A DNA stretch of 1,500 bases from a virus (taxonomy: Duplodnaviria; Heunggongvirae; Uroviricota; Caudoviricetes), in the IMG/VR virus record IMGVR_UViG_2531839468_000020, positions 1 through 1,500 of that record. One strand, 5' to 3'. The stretch's first letter is position 1. Each line of letters begins with the position of its first letter. Both the position numbers and the translations under genes were made by a program. This document shows, piece after piece, positions 1-1,500 of this stretch. Under the pieces are notes generated by a model that saw only the letters and a program-made list of their open reading frames with translations, searched no databases and was not told where the DNA came from.

Positions 1-23
1 TTCTATTTCAGCCCCGTTTTTCT

Positions 24-46
24 GACCTACGAAATTTTCGTAGGTC
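24..46 (+). terminator. Perfect 23-bp palindrome; candidate plus-strand intrinsic terminator or dimeric-protein binding site
   Basis: Seen in sequence: gacctacgaaa-t-tttcgtaggtc, with 11-bp arms that are exact reverse complements around one central T. As RNA it gives a 9-bp stem with a 5-nt AT loop. On the plus strand it is preceded by a T6 run and followed by tcttctttcc, which would fit termination of a convergent plus-strand transcript entering from before position 1. The minus-strand version is followed by an A-run, so it is not a minus-strand terminator. Confidence 0.35.
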
Positions 47-65
47 TCTTCTTTCCGCAAACCGA

Positions 66-85
66 TTCTTATCCCCAGATAAGAA
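66..85. repeat. Inverted repeat ttcttatc-ccca-gataagaa (8-bp arms, 4-nt spacer)
   Basis: Seen in sequence: perfect 8-bp reverse-complement arms at 66-73 and 78-85 in the non-coding region downstream of the DUF551-like gene. AT-rich stem. Function unknown; it could be an RNA hairpin or a protein-binding site. Confidence 0.3.
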
Positions 86-86
86 C

Positions 87-99
87 GGCGGCAACCGCC
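87..99 (-). terminator. Short GC hairpin (ggcgg-caa-ccgcc); weak candidate terminator for the minus-strand operon
   Basis: Seen in sequence: the minus-strand RNA GGCGG-UUG-CCGCC has a 5-bp GC stem and a 3-nt loop, followed by GUUCUUAUCU. It lies about 40 nt downstream of the DUF551 stop. The stem is short and the loop tight, so this is weak. Confidence 0.2.
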
Positions 100-138
100 A
101 TTGCGATTCCTACCACTGAAAATACTTCAGGCCAAGCA

Positions 139-504
139 TCATTTCACCTCCTGCGGCGGTTCCGGTAGCGGCATCCAGTGAGTTGCTTGCTCAATACCAT
201 TACCCGGCTTAATCGTTGCATCTCCGCGCCGAAAGGTGCTTCCGGTATAGCGAGCGGAGCATATTAGCGGCTCAACCAGAGAGCTATCGAAATTCACCGA
301 AATAAGTACGTTCTGATTCTTTTTCGGCATTCGCTCACTACAGCTTATCCAACTATCCGGAGTTACCGGAGAGTTGCCAGTCTTACGCATGGCAATCTCC
401 ACGATTTCAACCATATCTCCTGGCAGAATTTTACAAAGCTGGCCAAAGCGTCTCTGCTGCCTGGCATACTCGAGGATGTGCTCCAGTTTGGTTCGATTAA
501 TCAT
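139..504 (-). CDS. DUF551-like phage protein (121 aa), function unknown
   Basis: Seen in sequence: 366-nt minus-strand ORF. The ATG at 504-502 overlaps the upstream TGA stop (501-503) in an ATGA arrangement, and a GGGGGA Shine-Dalgarno lies 7 nt upstream. Recalled, not searched: the C-terminal half (WISCSERMPKK ... THWMPLPEPP) resembles the conserved W-I-S ... HWMPLPEPP signature I associate with Pfam DUF551 proteins of enterobacterial prophages. The first ~50 residues are an N-terminal extension I cannot assign. Confidence 0.6.
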   Translation of the reverse strand: MINRTKLEHILEYARQQRRFGQLCKILPGDMVEIVEIAMRKTGNSPVTPDSWISCSERMPKKNQNVLISVNFDSSLVEPLICSARYTGSTFRRGDATIKPGNGIEQATHWMPLPEPPQEVK

Positions 505-968
505 GATTTATCCCCCTTAAGCATGGCTGCACGGCAGGCGTTCCATCCTCTCACCTCTGCAATAGCGGCAACAGCATCAACCGCGTACATGCTAAGAGGG
601 TTCGGCATTGGTTTTTCTTCCGGCACTACTGGCGATGGCTGTTTAGCTTCTAAATCAGCAATTCTGTCAACCACGGCATCGACAGCATCTGAAAAACTGA
701 AACAGTTACTCCACTCAGGCCTATCCCCGGTTGCTGCAAAGTACATATCAGCTAAAGCAGACTCAGCATGGTCACGCTCATTAATGAGTTGCTCTTCGCT
801 TTTCTCCAGTTCTGCAATACGCTTGTTTTGGGATTCCCGTTCATCCAGCAGCGCCAGCACAATCGATGGTGTTACCAGCTCATGGAAAAGGTCCGCATCA
901 AATCCCCAGTCGTCATGCATTGCCTGCTCTGCCGCCTCACGCAGTGCCTGAGAGTTAATTTCGCTCAC
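501..968 (-). CDS. Ea22-like (ead/Ea22 family) phage early protein (155 aa)
   Basis: Seen in sequence: 468-nt minus-strand ORF. The start codon is GTG (plus-strand cac at 966-968), not ATG, with a GAGAGG Shine-Dalgarno 6 nt upstream, and it overlaps the upstream TGA stop as GTGA. Recalled: the N-terminus (SQALREAAEQA...DDWGF) resembles the conserved ALREAAE..W N-terminal helix of lambdoid Ea22-like proteins. The central stretch (NKRIAELEKSEEQLINERD) is charged and heptad-like, consistent with a coiled coil. Confidence 0.6.
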   Translation of the reverse strand: MSEINSQALREAAEQAMHDDWGFDADLFHELVTPSIVLALLDERESQNKRIAELEKSEEQLINERDHAESALADMYFAATGDRPEWSNCFSFSDAVDAVVDRIADLEAKQPSPVVPEEKPMPNPLSMYAVDAVAAIAEVRGWNACRAAMLKGDKS

Positions 969-1186
969 TTCGAACCTCTCTGTTTACTGATAAGCTCCAG
1001 ATCTTCCTGGCAACTTGCACAAGTCCGACAACCCTGAACGACCAGACGTCTTCGTTCATCTATGGGATCGCCACACTCACTACAATGAGTGGCGGATATA
1101 GTCTGGTAGTTCAGACGACGCATTTTTATTGCTGTATTGCGCTGTAATTCTTCAATTTCTGATGCTGAATCAATGATGTCCGCCAT
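965..1186 (-). CDS. TraR/DksA-family C4-type zinc-finger protein (73 aa), phage TraR-like
   Basis: Seen in sequence: 222-nt minus-strand ORF; the ATG at 1186-1184 has an in-frame TAA 9 nt upstream, so the start is constrained. The translation contains C-S-E-C, 17 residues, then C-A-S-C, which is the C-x2-C-x17-C-x2-C spacing of the DksA/TraR zinc finger, with one extra Cys in the spacer. Recalled: the segment CGDPIDERRR resembles CGNPIPEARRK of F-plasmid TraR, and the 73-aa length matches TraR and lambda Orf73-type proteins. Confidence 0.8.
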   Translation of the reverse strand: MADIIDSASEIEELQRNTAIKMRRLNYQTISATHCSECGDPIDERRRLVVQGCRTCASCQEDLELISKQRGSK

Positions 1187-1192
1187 CTTCCA

Positions 1193-1282
1193 TTAATCCC
1201 TGAATTGTTGGTTAATACGCTTGAGGGTGAATGCGAACAATAAAAAAGGAGCCTGTAGCTCCCTGATGATTTTGCTTTTCAT
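1193..1282 (-). CDS. Candidate small ORF, 29 aa (MKSKIIRELQAPFLLFAFTLKRINQQFRD); may be spurious
   Basis: Seen in sequence: ATG at 1282-1280 sits 8 nt after a consensus AAGGAG (1296-1291) and runs to TAA at 1195-1193, 6 nt before the zinc-finger ATG. An alternative in-frame ATG at 1288-1286 overlaps the upstream TGA stop. Against it: the ORF contains a hairpin plus U-tract and a promoter-like -35/-10 pair, so the gap may be purely regulatory. The hydrophobic stretch is only about 10 residues, too short for a transmembrane helix. Confidence 0.2.
   Translation of the reverse strand: MKSKIIRELQAPFLLFAFTLKRINQQFRD
1212..1240 (-). promoter_or_regulatory. Candidate sigma70-like promoter upstream of the zinc-finger gene
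   Basis: Seen in sequence (minus strand): TTGTTC (plus 1240-1235), a 17-nt spacer, then TATTAA (plus 1217-1212). Each hexamer matches its consensus at 4 of 6 positions. It lies about 25 nt upstream of the ATG at 1186. Unscored hand prediction, weak. Confidence 0.25.
1238..1266 (-). terminator. Candidate intrinsic terminator or attenuator between the 71-aa gene and the zinc-finger gene
   Basis: Seen in sequence: the minus-strand RNA AGGGAGC-UACAG-GCUCCUU folds into a 7-bp stem (one G-U pair) with a 5-nt loop, followed by UUUUAUUG. On the plus strand this appears as aaaaaaggagcctgtagctccct at 1242-1264. The stem is short, so termination is probably partial, as expected for lambdoid early operons read through by antitermination. 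Confidence 0.35.
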
Positions 1283-1284
1283 GT

Positions 1285-1500
1285 TCATCGCTCCTTAAAG
1301 ACGCCGTTTAACATGCCGATCGCCAGACTTAAATGAGTCGGTGTGAATCCCATCAGCGTTACCGTTTCGCGGTGCTTCTTCAGTACGCTACGGCAAATGT
1401 CATCGACGTTTTTATCCGGAAACTGCTGTCTGGCTTTTTTGATTTCAGAATTAGCCTGACAGGCAATGCTGCGAAGGGCGTTTTCCTGCTGAGGTGTCAT
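1285..1500 (-). CDS. Hypothetical phage protein (71 aa or longer), possibly truncated at its 5' end by the window edge
   Basis: Seen in sequence: minus-strand ORF ending at TGA 1287-1285, with an ATG at exactly 1500-1498 (the last three bases of the window). No upstream RBS or in-frame stop is visible, so the true start cannot be confirmed. Same strand and compact spacing as the downstream genes. I recognise no family or motif. Confidence 0.5.
   Translation of the reverse strand: MTPQQENALRSIACQANSEIKKARQQFPDKNVDDICRSVLKKHRETVTLMGFTPTHLSLAIGMLNGVFKER

Noticed and set aside
1-138. Phage attachment site or tRNA gene fragment in the 3' non-coding region
   Set aside because: No tRNA-like cloverleaf arms or conserved T-loop motif recognised, and no integrase in the window. 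The palindromes alone do not identify an att core. Cannot be assessed without flanking sequence.
110-142. Tiny minus-strand ORF (MMLGLKYFQW, 10 aa) beginning in an ATGATG next to the DUF551 stop, downstream of an AGGAGG-like sequence
   Set aside because: Only 10 codons. The AGGAGG is part of the DUF551 C-terminal coding sequence (PQEVK). Far too short to call without expression data.
2-172. Plus-strand frame open from the window edge to a TAG at 170-172
   Set aside because: It has no start codon in the window and overlaps the 3' end of the DUF551-like gene antisense. The stretch also holds the palindrome cluster, so it is more plausibly non-coding.
357-375. Near-tandem repeat ccggagtt / accggagagtt
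   Set aside because: It lies inside the DUF551-like coding sequence and is only two imperfect copies of 6-8 bp. Most likely coincidental coding sequence.
478-951. Plus-strand ORF of 157 aa (GTG start), Ser/Ala-rich
   Set aside because: It lies entirely antisense to the Ea22-like and DUF551-like genes, which have RBSs, stop/start overlaps and recognisable motifs. Its low-complexity Ser/Ala/Thr composition is typical of a reverse-strand shadow of a real gene. No RBS is evident.
768-1037. Plus-strand ORF of 89 aa
   Set aside because: Antisense shadow overlapping the Ea22-like and zinc-finger genes. No RBS and no recognisable motif.
1241-1266. Possibility that the 1241-1266 hairpin is a bidirectional terminator also serving the plus strand
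   Set aside because: On the plus strand the hairpin is followed by gatgattttgcttttc, where the T-rich stretch is separated from the stem by 6 nt. There is also no convincing plus-strand gene to terminate.
1-1500. CRISPR array
   Set aside because: No direct repeats of 24-48 bp at regular spacing anywhere in the window.

Overview
The window reads as a lambdoid (pro)phage early/accessory region of an enterobacterial genome, with four small genes all on the minus strand. From the 1500 end towards position 1 they are: a 71-aa hypothetical protein (1285..1500, touching the window edge), a TraR/DksA-family C4 zinc-finger protein (965..1186), an Ea22-like protein (501..968, GTG start) and a DUF551-like protein (139..504). 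The last three form a tight module with 4-nt stop/start overlaps (GTGA at 965-968, ATGA at 501-504). The 98-bp gap at 1187-1284 holds a hairpin plus U-tract, a sigma70-like -35/-10 pair, and an unannotated 29-codon ORF with a strong Shine-Dalgarno. The 3' non-coding end (1-138) holds three separate palindromes. I see no CRISPR array, tRNA, rRNA, transposase or recognisable defence-system gene. All family assignments are from motif recognition and recall, not from a database search. My honest assessment is that this is a typical lambdoid early region of poorly characterised small genes, not a demonstrably new system; the most checkable oddities are the 1187-1284 gap and the palindrome cluster.
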